This document shows, piece by piece, positions 13,321 through 24,568 of a stretch of 64,000 bases of DNA. The stretch spans positions 126,854,001 through 126,918,000 of the forward strand of contig CM059432.1 of NCBI GenBank assembly GCA_030390025.1. Reading direction: 5' to 3'. Positions within the stretch are counted from its first letter, which is position 1. Every line of letters begins with the position of its first letter. Origin of the DNA: Squalus acanthias. Its lineage: Eukaryota. The position numbers and the translations under genes are program-made. Under the pieces are notes generated by a model. It was given only the letters and a program-made list of their open reading frames with translations. It was not told the origin of the DNA and made no database searches.

Positions 13321-15411
13321 CTTATTCAGATGCTGCCTCTTGGCATAGCGGTAGGCTACAATTTGGGGCACACCAGGGGTGACCATATCCAAGTCAGAGC
13401 TGCCACGACTGGAGTATTAAAATACATGTTCCTATCTAAATGTAAAATAAAGTACACAACTGAATTGTGTAAAGTGACTTTTTTTTTTACAAGAACATGC
13501 ATTTTATTACTGTATTTTATACTTTACATTGTGGCTGTCCTACTACTGCCACAAAAGATCAATTTTTCAGAAAGATTTTATTTGATTTCACTGCAGTTTA
13601 GGAAAATGACGCTCATTTTAAAATTAGTTATGTCTGTACTACTTTATATTATATAAAACCAGTATCTAATAGATTAATACTGCAGCATCCTTTTTATTGG
13701 ACTGCATGAGCAAAACACATTACACCACACCACCCATGAATGAACATTAGTCTCCATTTTCTTGATCCAAGCAATTTTGCAAAATCTGCTGGGATTGATC
13801 TAATCACATCTGTCCTCTATTTTGGATTGTACTACAGTAAAAAGTTCAATTTTCTCCCATTTCCTTCCCTGATCCCTTCTCGGAAGGCAGCAACCCTCCT
13901 GTACTTTGCCAAGTGGACATTGTTCATGTGACAGCAAGAGTCAGTTAACTATGCATGGCCGTCACTGCAGAGAATAGAAAAACCTCAACTGATTTTCCCC
14001 TCTCCCTCTGAAGCCAGGAGCACCAAGGCTAATTGTGGTCTAATGAGTTCATTTTTTCTTTTGAAGCAAAGCAAGCATGACAAAAATATCAAGTTATGAA
14101 ACACTGCATGACCAAAATAACTCAAGAATGTTACAGCTTTTAGAGTTTGGTTCCTTCTTTTTAAGGATTCTAAACAGATCTGGTATGTAGGAAAACAGCA
14201 TTTTTAATGCAGTTGGTTAAACAGGTTTTTTTTTTAAATTTAAACTGAATTTATTTTGAAAAACAAATCTGTGTATTCCTTAACCTGAGATGTAGCTAAC
14301 AAGACATCAGAATGTTGAATTTAAATCAAAATTTCATTTTGTATATACAAAATACAATATAATGTGATTATGTTATGAAATTCACATTGAACATTCCACA
14401 AGACTGGCTCAGATCTCTATAATTTTGACCGTTTATAAAATGCATTATGTACTTCATCCTAAATGTACCTGATGAAAACTGGTCGTACACAGATCTACTC
14501 AGACATTTCAAGTTCATTAATAGATCATTACAAGATCAAATAATGCATTAAACACGGCAACTAATTTTACAGTATGCAGATGGCAAATATTAGGTACACT
14601 ATATTTATATACACGTAGCAAGATTAGCAGCTCTAAAAAAAAACACAACTTTCTCCTAGAACCAAAGCTTTAGAAACAATGCGATTTATTTTTAAAAGAG
14701 AAAAAAAATAGAATTTGAAATTCCTTCCCCTTCTACATGATTTCGAGACATCACACGCCAGAAAGTAGTACTGAAAATCTGCGCCTATTATTGGGATGGA
14801 TACAGCCGGATGGCCGATATGGAGCAAGAACCGTGTGTTACCGGCTCAATAACCAGGGGGGGTGGGGTAGGGAAGTAGGGCAACAATCGCTCTGCAAATG
14901 ACGCATCGACCTACACAAACCCGTTTCTCTGACACCCTCGGCCGGAGCCGGCACCAGCTCGAGCTCACCCTAGCGCAAATATCACACAGGACATGTGCTC
15001 CCTGCGTTATTTCCACCCCCACCCAACAAAAAAAATGTCCAATTAAAGCACTGAGCTCCTTCCCCGCACCCCCAGGGGGCTGAGCGACGGGCAATCAGGC
15101 CCGGGCCTCCACCGACAGGGACGGGAACCAGACCAGACGGTAAAAACAAGTCTTTGTCCTCGGGGAAGGGGGGGGGGGGGCTCTTACTACTTTGGAGAGA
15201 GAGGAGAGCGGGAGCAATCTGCCTCGCACGGGTGGCCAGAGTCTCCTCTCCCTCCCCTTCTTCGAAGCCGCATTGTCTCGGTAACTTTTCCGCCCAGACC
15301 AGACTAGGCCCTCGGCGAGGGCCGCATCCGCGGAAACATCCGCCTTTCTTCCCCTTACACACACACAGACACCCCAGGGCCTAGGCCGCGTGTGCCGGGC
15401 CTGCCACTCAC

Positions 15412-15473
15412 CTGTCGTTGAGCTGATCCTCGGTGCCCGGTAAGGGATGCACCACAAAGTGAATGGACGTCAT
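15412..15473 (-). CDS. UBR5: UBR5 coding exon 1 (62 coding bp)
   Basis: Translates [20 protein letters not shown]+AG, matching the known UBR5/EDD N-terminus; strong donor AG|GTGAGT. Confidence 0.97.
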
Positions 15474-15695
15474 GGCGGGCGGGCTGCGAGGGAAAGGGGA
15501 GAGAGCGAAGCGGCCGAACCCGCGCGGCGCCAGCAGACCGGGAAGGGGGGGGTGGGGGAAGGGAAAACAAATAAATAAATCTCTGATTTAGAAAGTTATT
15601 CCTTTTGATTTTTCTTTTTGTACCCGCTCCCAAACGTTTGTAACCAGACGGCGCTTGTTCTCTCTCTCTCTCTATTTTTTTTGACACCCGCCGCT

Positions 15696-15731
15696 TCAGC
15701 AGACAGCCGCCGTCGCCGCCGCCATCTTACT
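15696..15731 (-). promoter_or_regulatory. YY1-type motif AAGATGGCGGC, with a 9-codon uORF (15696-15725)
   Basis: Minus strand AAG ATG GCG GCG GCG ACG GCG GCT GTC TGC TGA; typical position near a housekeeping TSS. Confidence 0.6.
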
Positions 15732-15765
15732 GTTGATGTGCCCTGCCGATAAAAGCCGCCTCGCT

Positions 15766-15952
15766 ATTGGCTGCGCCCGCACAGCCTCTCGGCGTCTGTA
15801 ACGAGCCGTCCGATTGGCCGCTAAACAAGGAGCCGGCAGGGGGAGGGAGAGAGAAAGAGAGGGGGAAAGGGTATTGGGCGCCAGTCAGGTGACGCGCGGC
15901 CAGGCGTGTGATTGCAGGTCAGCCGGGGGCCATTGTTAGGGGCGGACACGTG
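15766..15952 (-). promoter_or_regulatory. UBR5 proximal promoter motifs: three CCAAT boxes, GC box, E-box
   Basis: ATTGG at 15766, 15813 and 15873; GGGGCGG 15939-15945; CACGTG 15947-15952; no obvious TATA box. Confidence 0.6.
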
Positions 15953-16122
15953 ACAGAAGGAGGGCGCTCACCAGCAACTTCAATCCCACCCCAGCCTCCC
16001 CCCAAGTCGTATGTAACTCACCTCTAGCAACCACACCTCACCCTCCCAGGGTCAACATCAGTGAGATGCAAAAACTAATCATACCACCAAGGGAATGAAA
16101 AAAAAGATTTTAATACCTTTTC

Positions 16123-16592
16123 TGTGGCACAGTTGGGTAGCATCCTGGCCTCTGGGTCAGAAGGTTGTGGGTTCACAGGCCCCCACCCCCAAAGACTTGA
16201 GCGCCAAAATCTCGGCTGGCATCTCCACGAGGGAGTGCTGCACTGTCGGAGTGCTGCACTGTCGGAGGCGCCGTCTTTCGGATGAGACGTTAAAACCGAG
16301 GCCCGTCTGCTCTCTCAGTTGGACGTAAAAGATCCCACGGTTCTATTCCGAAGAAGAGCAGTTGAGTGTCCGGTCCTGGCCAATATTTATCCCTCAATCA
16401 ACATCACAAAAAAGACAGATTATCTGGTCATTATCACATTGCTGTCTGTGGGAGCTTGCTGTGCGCAAATTGGCTGCTGCGTTTCCTACATTACAACAGT
16501 GACTATACTTCAAAAGTACTTAATTGGCAGTAAAGCTCTTTGGGATGTCCGGTGGTCGTGAAAGGCACTATATAAATGCAAGTCTTTCTTTT
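16123..16592 (+). mobile_element. Near full-length DeuSINE (SacSINE1/AmnSINE1-like)
   Basis: tRNA-like head with A/B-box-like motifs; Deu-domain-like core GCCGTCTTTCGGATGAGACGTTAAAACCGAGG..GTAAAAGATCCCA; L2-like 3' tail ending in CTTT repeats. Confidence 0.8.
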
Positions 16593-16595
16593 CTA

Positions 16596-16770
16596 GGGGC
16601 CATTCGGCCCATCGTGCCTGAGCCTGCTCTTTGAAGGAGCTATCCAATTAGTCCTAATCTCCAGCTCTTTTCCCGTAGCCCTGCATTTTTTCCTTATATA
16701 TGTATCCTTGTGTGTATATCCAATTGCCTTGCAAGTTTTTCCTTTTCATATATATCCAATTCCCTTTAGA
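16596..16770 (-). mobile_element. CR1 3' end fragment
   Basis: GGCCATTCGGCCCATCGTGCC..CTCTTTGAA..AGCTATCCAATTAGTCC, as at 21400. Confidence 0.7.
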
Positions 16771-17581
16771 TATTGTCAACAGAGTGCCCCCAAATACATT
16801 TACAACTTGCATTTATATAGCGCTTTTAACGTAGTAGAACATCTCAATCTGCTTCACAGGAGCGTTATCAAACAAATTTTGACTCCGAGCCACTTAAGAA
16901 GATATTAGGACAGGTGACCAAAAGCTTGGTCAAAGAGGGTTTAAAGGAGCATCTTAAAGGAGGAGAGACAGGCGGAGAGGTTTAGGGAGGGAATTGCCGA
17001 GCTTTGGGCCGAGGCAGCTGGATACACGTATGCCAATGGTGGAACAAAGGAAATCGAGGATGTGCAAGAAGCCAGAATCGGAGGAGCGTAGAGATCTAGG
17101 AGGTTTGTAGGGCAGGAGGAGGTTACAGAGATAGGGAGGGGTGAGGCCATGAAGGGATTTGAAAACAAGGATGAGAATTTTAAAATCAAGGCATTGAACT
17201 GGGAGCCAATGTAGGTCAGCGAGCACAGGGGTGATGGGTGAATGGGACGGTGCGAGTTAGGATACGGGCAGCAGAGTTTTGGAGGAGCTCAAGTTTACAG
17301 AGGGTGCAAGGTGGGAGACCGGCCAGGAGAACATTAGAATAGTGTGTCCAGAGATAACAAAGGCATGGATGAGGGTTTCAGCAGCAGATGAGCTGAGGCA
17401 GAGGCAAAGACCGGCGATGTTACGGAGGCGGAAGTAGGAGGTGATGGAGAAGATATGGGGTCGGAAGCTCAGCTCAGGGTCAAAGTTACAACAGTCTGGT
17501 ACAGCCTCAGACAGTGGCCAGGAAGAGCAATGGAGCCGGTGGCTAGGGAACGGAGTTTGTGGCGGGGACTGAAGACAATGG

Positions 17582-17824
17582 TACAAAAGCAAAATACTGC
17601 GGATGTTGGAAATCTGAAATAAAAACAGAAAATGCTGGAAATACTCAGCAGGTCAGGCAGCATCTGTGGAGAGAGAAACAGAGTTAACGTTTCAGGTCGA
17701 TGACCTGATGAAATGTCATGGGAGTTCTGAAGAAAGGTCATCGACCTGAAACGTTAACTCTGTTTCTCTCTCCACAGATGCTGCCTGACCTGCTGAGGAT
17801 TTCCAGCATTTTCTGTTTTTTATT
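17582..17824. mobile_element. Palindromic PLE-terminus-derived element
   Basis: ~90-bp near-perfect inverted arms; 14-bp TSD ACTGAAGACAATGG (17568-17581 and 17825-17838); interrupts an L2. Confidence 0.85.
17722..17760 (+). ncRNA. Minimal type I hammerhead ribozyme motif
   Basis: GAGTT-CTGAAGA-A-AGGTC-atc-GACCT-GAAA-CG-TT-AACTC: core boxes, stem I GAGTT/AACTC, stem II AGGTC/GACCT, palindromic ACGT stem III. Confidence 0.7.
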
Positions 17825-19124
17825 ACTGAAGACAATGGATTTGGTCTTCCCAATATTTAATTGGAGGAAATTTCTGCTGATCAAATACTCAGCAGCGTAA
17901 CAAATCAGAGGCAGTGGAGGGGGTCGAGAGAGATGGTGGTGAGGCAGAGCTGGGTGTCATCAGCGTACATGTGGAATCTGACCTTGTGTTTTCAGATGAT
18001 GTTTCCGAGGGGGTAGCATGTAGATGAGGAATAGGAGGGGGACAAGGATAGGTCTGGGATTCCAGAGGTAATGGCGCTGGAGCAGGAAGAGAAGCCATTG
18101 CAGGAGATTCTCTGGCTACAACTCGACAGATAAGAATGGAACCAGCCAAGGGCAGTCCCACCCAGCTGGACAACTGTGGATAGGCATTGGAGGAGTATGG
18201 TGTGGTCAACCGTGTCAAAGGCTGCAGACAGGTCAAGAAGGATAGTGCACCATGGTCACAGCCACATAGGATGTCATTTGTGACTTTGATGAGGGCTGTG
18301 TCAGTGCTGTGGAGAAAGTACATTTTACAGAAAATAACAGGTACATGGGAGTGAGTTACGACACTGTAATCTAATCAAGGATTTTCTTGCTCTCACGGTT
18401 TATTGATTACTATCGTCGGATCCCTGGGTCAGACTGAACTTCTTCCCTGACATTTACGGATAAGATTTTCTTTGTGCCAAATATTAATTAGAATTTAATA
18501 ATCTTAGGTTGCTGGCAGGTACCAGCTTGCTCCATATCCTTGATAAGTGGGGATTTTTACAAAACATTATTATCATTTTGTGATGGAATCTACAAAGCAC
18601 ATATTGAATTATGGATGACAAGAAAAATCGAATACCAGAAGTCTGAAATAAAGCAGAGCTGACCAAGCTTTTTGTCTTCACTGGCCACATAGGTGTGTAA
18701 CATGAAGCCTCAAGGGCCACATATAGAAGTACATATAAGTTACAACACAAAAACAAGGTCATTCAGCCCAATCAGCCTATGTCAGCGTTTACCCTCCACA
18801 CGAGCAAGTAGTTCCAATCACATTTAATCACCTAGTTTCTATATCCCTTCAACCCCTTTTCCTTTATCCACATATCCAGTCTAATCTTGAATGTTGACAT
18901 TGTTTCTGCCTCAACCACTAACCCTGGAAGTGAATTCCACAGCTTATCCACTCTCTCTGTGAAGAAGTTGCTCCTGATATTTGTTCTAAATCTCTTACAT
19001 TTAATGTTGTATCTATGGTCCCTCATTCTTGACCCTTTAACTACTGGAACAGTCTGCTTCTATCTACCCTGTCCCATCCTTTTATAATTTTAAACTCTTC
19101 TATGATATTGCCCCGTAATTCGCA

Positions 19125-20240
19125 TCCTGGTGTTCAAATCCCTCCATGGCCTCGCCCCTCCTAATTCAGCCCTACAACCTTCCGAGATCTCTGCATTCCT
19201 CCAATTCTGGCCTCTTGCGCACCCCCGCCCCCCTCTATTTCCTTCGCCTCACCATTGGCGGCAGTGCCTTCGACCAACAAGGCCCGAAGCTCTGGAATTC
19301 CCTCCCTAAACCTCTCCGCCTCTCCAACTCTCTCTTCTCCTTTAAACGCTCCTTAAAACCTACCTCTTTGACCAAGCTGTTGTTTACCTGATCTATTGGT
19401 CTGTAATTTCCAATCGGAGGCTTCCTGCATGCGGATGCCTCCTATCGGGAAAAAATCTACGCCCTTACCTGAGGGCTCCTGAGGTCCGGCCATTTCCGAT
19501 CCTGGGCCCCTCCCAGTGCGCGCGCGCAGAGGCCCAAATATACCAGGGGCGCAGGTGTCCCTGGGATCACGTGGGCCAGGCGAGCCAATAGGAGAAGGGA
19601 ATCCCCCTTCATACTTTTGACAGGTAGACCTGTCAAAAGTATGACTGGGGATCACTGAAAAAAGACATCAAAACATTAAATACATTTTTAAAAACCATCA
19701 CATTTTTTAAATGAGTTAAAATTACATTAAATTAAATATTTTAAACAAAAATTTAATTTTTGGAAAAAATAATTAAAGTTTTTTACGGGTCTAAAAATAA
19801 ACTTACCTTTTTTAAAAGTATTTCTAAATTATAAAGGAGTGAAATTTTTTTTTTTAACTTTTTTAAATTTCTTATGCTGGTAAAAGCAGGCCTTAGCAGG
19901 CGTAAGATTTTTAAGGGATTTCAGCGGGCGGAGGTTCTGCAAAAAGCGGAACTCTCCACCCGCAGAGGCCCTTCTCCAGGGCAGGCGGTGGATCTGTCAA
20001 GAGGATTCTTGACAGATCGGAAATGCCGGTTTTCAGCGCATGCGCTTCGCATGTCTGAAACCGGCACTTGCAAGGTCCCTACGGGTGTGTACACAGCTCG
20101 TACACACCCGTAGGGATCAGAAATTACGGGCCAATATCTCCTTGTGTGGCTCAGTGTCAAGTTTTGTCTGATAATGCTCCTATGATGCCCGTTGAGACAT
20201 TTTACTATGTTAACGGCGCTACATAAATGCAAGTTGTTAT
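19125..20240 (+). mobile_element. L2 3' fragment, split by MITE 19398-20132
   Basis: FKSLHGLAP, GPKLWNSLPK; tail GGCGCTACATAAATGCAAGTTGTT. Confidence 0.75.
19398..20132. mobile_element. Harbinger-type MITE
   Basis: TIR GGTCTGTAATTTC / GAAATTACGGGCC; flanks ATT/AAT; interrupts the L2 3' UTR. Confidence 0.75.
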
Positions 20241-20484
20241 TGTTTGAACAAAAAAATATACAATTTATCAAGTTTTTATTCATATTTGTCTTTCTTCATG
20301 CCAAGCAGCATCCTAGCAGATCTGTGTTGTAATCCTCTCTAAAGGTTCAATATCCTTCCTATACTGTGGAGCCCAATTCTGCACGCAGTACTCTTACTGA
20401 AGTCTTATTAAGGTTTTATATAGGTTGATCATTACCTCTTGGCTTCTATATTCTATACCTCTTGACATAAAACCTAGATTCATA

Positions 20485-21378
20485 GGGGTAAAAATTCACT
20501 TGGTTGCGCCACCCGTTAGCGCCTTAAGAGGGCGCTAATGGGGCGCAAAGCCGCTAACGCCCGGGCGCAGCGATGTTTGCGCCGCTCGAGAACTTAACTT
20601 GAGATTGTGCGGCGCCGCTAAAACTTACCGCTGCGACCACCTGCGCGCGCAGATTGTGACGTCATTCCATGGTGCAACGCCCTTGGGGCGCCCCGTAGCG
20701 GAAATTGAGTGGCGCCCCCTGCCTTACCGCCTGGCGCTTCCAACGACCAGAAGACTGGAACACTATAAATCGCTGTGGGGCTGGGGGGGGGCGCTATTTA
20801 AAGGGGGCCTCTTCCTGTCTTTTATTGTTGGTGGCATTTTTGAACTACGCATTCTGAGAGAGAGAGGGAGAGACTTCTGGAGAGATTCAACGTTGTGTGA
20901 AGGAGTTTTGGGTACTGAGCAGCACTTTGCAGGTTCATTTTGATTTGCCATTCCTTGTATCGATTTAGCAGAGACCGTGGGAGCTGCACTCTGAGCTCTT
21001 TGCCTGGTGCTCTCCATTGTTCTTTCCAGCACATTTGATGTGCAAGTCTCTCCAGGCCGAGATTCAAGGCAGCAATGAACAGGATGTGGATGGAAAGCAA
21101 GATTAACCATCCCCTTTAAGAACTGGCCCGTGCCATTGTGTGTGTGTTCCATTGCTGACTGACATTACATGAGCTTCGCCAGCGCTCCGAGTTAGCGCCT
21201 CACTGCTCGGCCTTTGCGCCTTAAGAGAGGTGTGCAGCGCCTGCTTTAGCGCTCCACTCACCTCCCGGGGCGGTAAAAGTGAAGTTTCCCGTCAGTGCCG
21301 ATAATTAGCGCCAGGCGCTAATATTTGCGTCCGGACGATATTTGCGCCCCAAATGGGGCGCGACCTAATTTCTACCCC
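20485..21378. mobile_element. Harbinger-type MITE (894 bp), family A
   Basis: TIR GGGGTAAAAATT / AATTTCTACCCC; TSD ATA; near-identical copy at 51438-52330. Confidence 0.9.
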
Positions 21379-22691
21379 ATAGAATCATACAGCACAGAAG
21401 GAGGCCATTCGGCCCATTGTGCCTATGCCGGCTCTTTGAAAGAGCTATCCAATTAATTCCACTCCCCTGCCCTTTCCCCATAACCATGCACATTTTTCCC
21501 CTTTAAGTATTTATCCAATTCCCTTTTGAAAGTTATTATTGACTCTGGTTCTACTACCCTATCAGGCAGTGCATTCCGGATCACAACTCACTGCATAAAA
21601 AAAATTCTCCTCATCTCGCCTCTGGTTCTTTTGCCAATTACCTTAAATCTTTGTCCTCTGGTTACCGACCCTTCTGCCTCTATTTGCTTTTTTTTAAACA
21701 GCCTAATCAACCTCAGGAATCCCAAGTCTGTCTGCTCTTCCACAGTACCGAGTGAGTCTTCTTCCATTCAGAGTATAATTACTGCTACTATTTTTTTTAC
21801 CAAAATGCATCACCTCACACTTACATTAAATTCTATCTAGAACTTCTTTGAAAATCTCATTCCTCCATTTTATCAGTAACCCTTTGCAGCTTCCTTAGGT
21901 CTTCTGAAGAATTAACTTTATCTCCTGTTTTTACATCATCTGCAAATTTGGACACCTCTCCCTCCAGGCCTGTATCCAAATCATTGATATACACAGTGAA
22001 CAGAAGTGGCCCCAGAACTGAACCCTGAGGGACATCAATACCCACTTCCAACCACTCTGAAAAACTGCCCTGAAGTCTATTGCTTTGTTTTCACCCTTCA
22101 AACCAATCCTCCCCCTAATTCCATACCCCTTAATCTCTAGTAATCTCTCAAGTGGGACATTTTTAAAGGCTTTCCTAAAGTCCACGTGTACTACATCTAC
22201 CATGTCTGTTATCTCCTCAAAGAATTCTATAAAGTTTGTCATGCACGATTGTCCCTTTTGAAATCTATGTTGGCTACTTCTAACTATTTTCTCTTTATCG
22301 AGATAGTGGTAATTTCATCCTTAATTATAGACCCTAAAAGCTTCACCAAAACAGATGTTAGGCTAACTGCCCTGTAATTACTGACCTAGAAATTGGATAT
22401 GGCCCGAAAATGGGCGGTGACATGGCCCAGCGCTATTTCGCTGCACCGGGTCGAAGTGGTCTAGGTAGCACGCAAAATTCGTGCTGAGTGCTTATTCAAA
22501 TGATTATAGTGCTGATCTCAGCGCTAAATGCGCTGCTGATTGACTTACCGCTTATCGGGTGCAGTCTAATGGCCAGTAATGTTTGGCCTAGGCTTTCTTC
22601 ACTACTTAAAGGGGAGGTGCTTTGATGCAGCAGCACCTCATTGTCATTGTATTTGGAGCTCCACTTGGATTCAGTCGTGAACTTGCAAGAG

Positions 22692-24386
22692 ATGGCTGAG
22701 CAGTAGCAGAGGGAAAGAGCCCGGCGGTTCTCAAATGTGGCTCTGGAGGCACTGGTGGTGGCCATGAAGCGGAGATGGGCTGTCCTCTTCCCGCAGATTA
22801 GCAGAAAACCATCTGCCCATACATCTAGAAGGCTCTGGCAGGAGATAACTGCATATGTGACGGCCAACAATGTGGTTCCCAGATCATGGATACAGTGCCA
22901 CAAGAAGTTTAATGACCTCACACAGCAGGTCAAGGTGAGTGAAGGCTTCAGCAAATGCCATATCACACCATCTGCATCACAAGCATTACACACACACTGC
23001 TCAATGCACCACACCCCCTGACATGAATCTTGTCATTCATGTGGAAATGACTTATGAAATAATACTGGGCGGCCTGCTGGTGGCGCTGTCCAGGGAGAGT
23101 ATAAATACTCGGGCATGGGCTCAGCTTGCTCAGGACATTCTTTAACAGGAACTAGTGAAGGACACAACTAGATCTCCATGTTGAAAAACAGTTGATTAAA
23201 GCTTTGTTTAATGCTTAGACTAAGTGCCTAGTAGTTTTCTTACGTCACCCCCATGACTCACCTACCAACAATCTCTACCTATCACCACTCAGACCTTACA
23301 CTCATAGCTTCACTTCACCCTCACAACCTTTCCACTGCTGCAACACTCACACTCACAACTCACACCTTGCACACACTGACAGCTATTCAACTAGGGTAGT
23401 GTAGATGCAGGATTTGCACAGGGTGAGGCACCAGACACGAGTGGGCTGCAGTAAGGCTGGGGCAAAGGGTAGCTCGGGGGCCAGCTCCTTGGAGGGCGAG
23501 CTCGCGTGCAATTTCTGCTGCATACGACTCAGATGAGGACCTTGATGGGGCGGCCTTCAGAAGAAGGGTGATGGGCATGCACACGGAAATCCTAGGTGCA
23601 ATGGCAAGCCTGCCAGAGAGCCTCTTGGCAATGTCAAGGAGCATGGAGGAGTCAGGCTCCAACATTGGCCAGGGCTTTGCACATAGCTTGGAGCCCATGA
23701 TTTCCAGGCTGGAAATGGTGGACAACTCCAGGAGAGACCGTGTCGAACCAGACATGATGCTGCGTGTGATGGGCAATGTCGTGGCTTCCATTGCAGCGCA
23801 GGCGGAAGCGACCCAATGTCCCAGTGCTGCAGTGGAAGCGCAGACCACTATCCTGCAGTCTCAGCTTGCTGCCACCCAAGCTCAGACTGTTCTCATGCAG
23901 GCTCAGCTTGCTGCCAGCCAAGCTCAGACCGCTGCCATCGTGGTTGGGTTTACCAGTGTCGAACGGGGCTTGCAGCGTGTCGCAGCGGGCCAGCAATCTG
24001 TGCTCCAACAGATTGCTAGGGATGCTAAGGTGCTCCCCCGGGGGAGTGGCAGTGGGTCAGTGGAGCAGGACCCTGCTGTCCTCTCTCAGGATGACAGCAT
24101 TCCTATTCCCACCATTGCCACTCCGCCATTGCCCTTGCCGCTGCCTGTCAGCCAGCCAGCCCAGACGGCTGCCGCCCATGCCAAGATGGTGCAGTCTACA
24201 GCCGGGCCTTCTAGGTCCAGAGCTGGTTGAGTTCGTCCTGCAAGGCCATCTGAAGTCTCCCGCATGGAAACACAGCAGCCTTCCACCAGCCATGCTGCAG
24301 CCACTGAGGGAGCACTTCATAGGAGCACAAGGTCAGGAAAGTGCACCCAAACGTCAGGCACTAAGGGATTGCACAAGGGTGATTAG
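22692..24386 (+). pseudogene. Harbinger Myb/SANT-like (trihelix) accessory gene, disrupted
   Basis: RFSNVALEALV..LW..I..RSWIQCHKKFNDL, donor AAG|GTGAGT at 22934; middle exon apparently deleted; C-terminal coiled-coil region; in-frame stops. Confidence 0.8.
23019..23247 (+). mobile_element. Solo LTR (229 bp)
   Basis: TGAC..GTCA termini, 5-bp TSD CCCCC, TATAAATA followed by ATTAAA; absent from the homologous intron of the 35.5-40.1 kb element. Confidence 0.75.
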
Positions 24387-24568
24387 TTGATATTATAATG
24401 GAAATTGAATAGATATGAATTTATTAATTTTGTTTGGAATGTTTGTTTTGTAGTGGCTCTCATTTCAACTGTGTGCCCAAGAGGACACTGTGATATTCCG
24501 TGACAGAGGAATGGTATGATGGGGATGTGGTTGATAAGGATATGGTGATCAACGGGGATCTGGGGTTT

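Larger units (their letters stand above)
14800..15970. promoter_or_regulatory. UBR5: CpG island spanning UBR5 promoter, 5'UTR, exon 1 and start of intron 1
   Basis: Sharp rise in GC and CpG content against AT-rich flanks; contains the start codon in a Kozak-like context (GCCCGCCATGA). Confidence 0.9.
16802..18312 (-). mobile_element. L2-clade LINE, 5'-truncated
   Basis: HSTDTALIKVTNDIL, SAAETLIHAFV, LADLHWLPV, FKILILVFKSLHGL; L2 3' tail; interrupted at 17582-17824. Confidence 0.85.
18730..20475 (-). mobile_element. CR1 LINE 3' fragment, split (about 18730-19118 and 20310-20475)
   Basis: NFFTERVDKLWNSLPGLVVEAETMSTFKIRLD; the second piece resembles the LYKTL..EYCVQ.W region. Confidence 0.7.

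Noticed and set aside
14846..15687. Several 60-126 aa ORFs over the CpG island
   Set aside because: Expected in stop-poor GC-rich DNA; only the 62-bp UBR5 exon is supported.
20599..21152. ORFs shared between 20.6-21.2 kb and 51.6-52.1 kb
   Set aside because: Shared because the MITE copies are near-identical; no recognisable domain.
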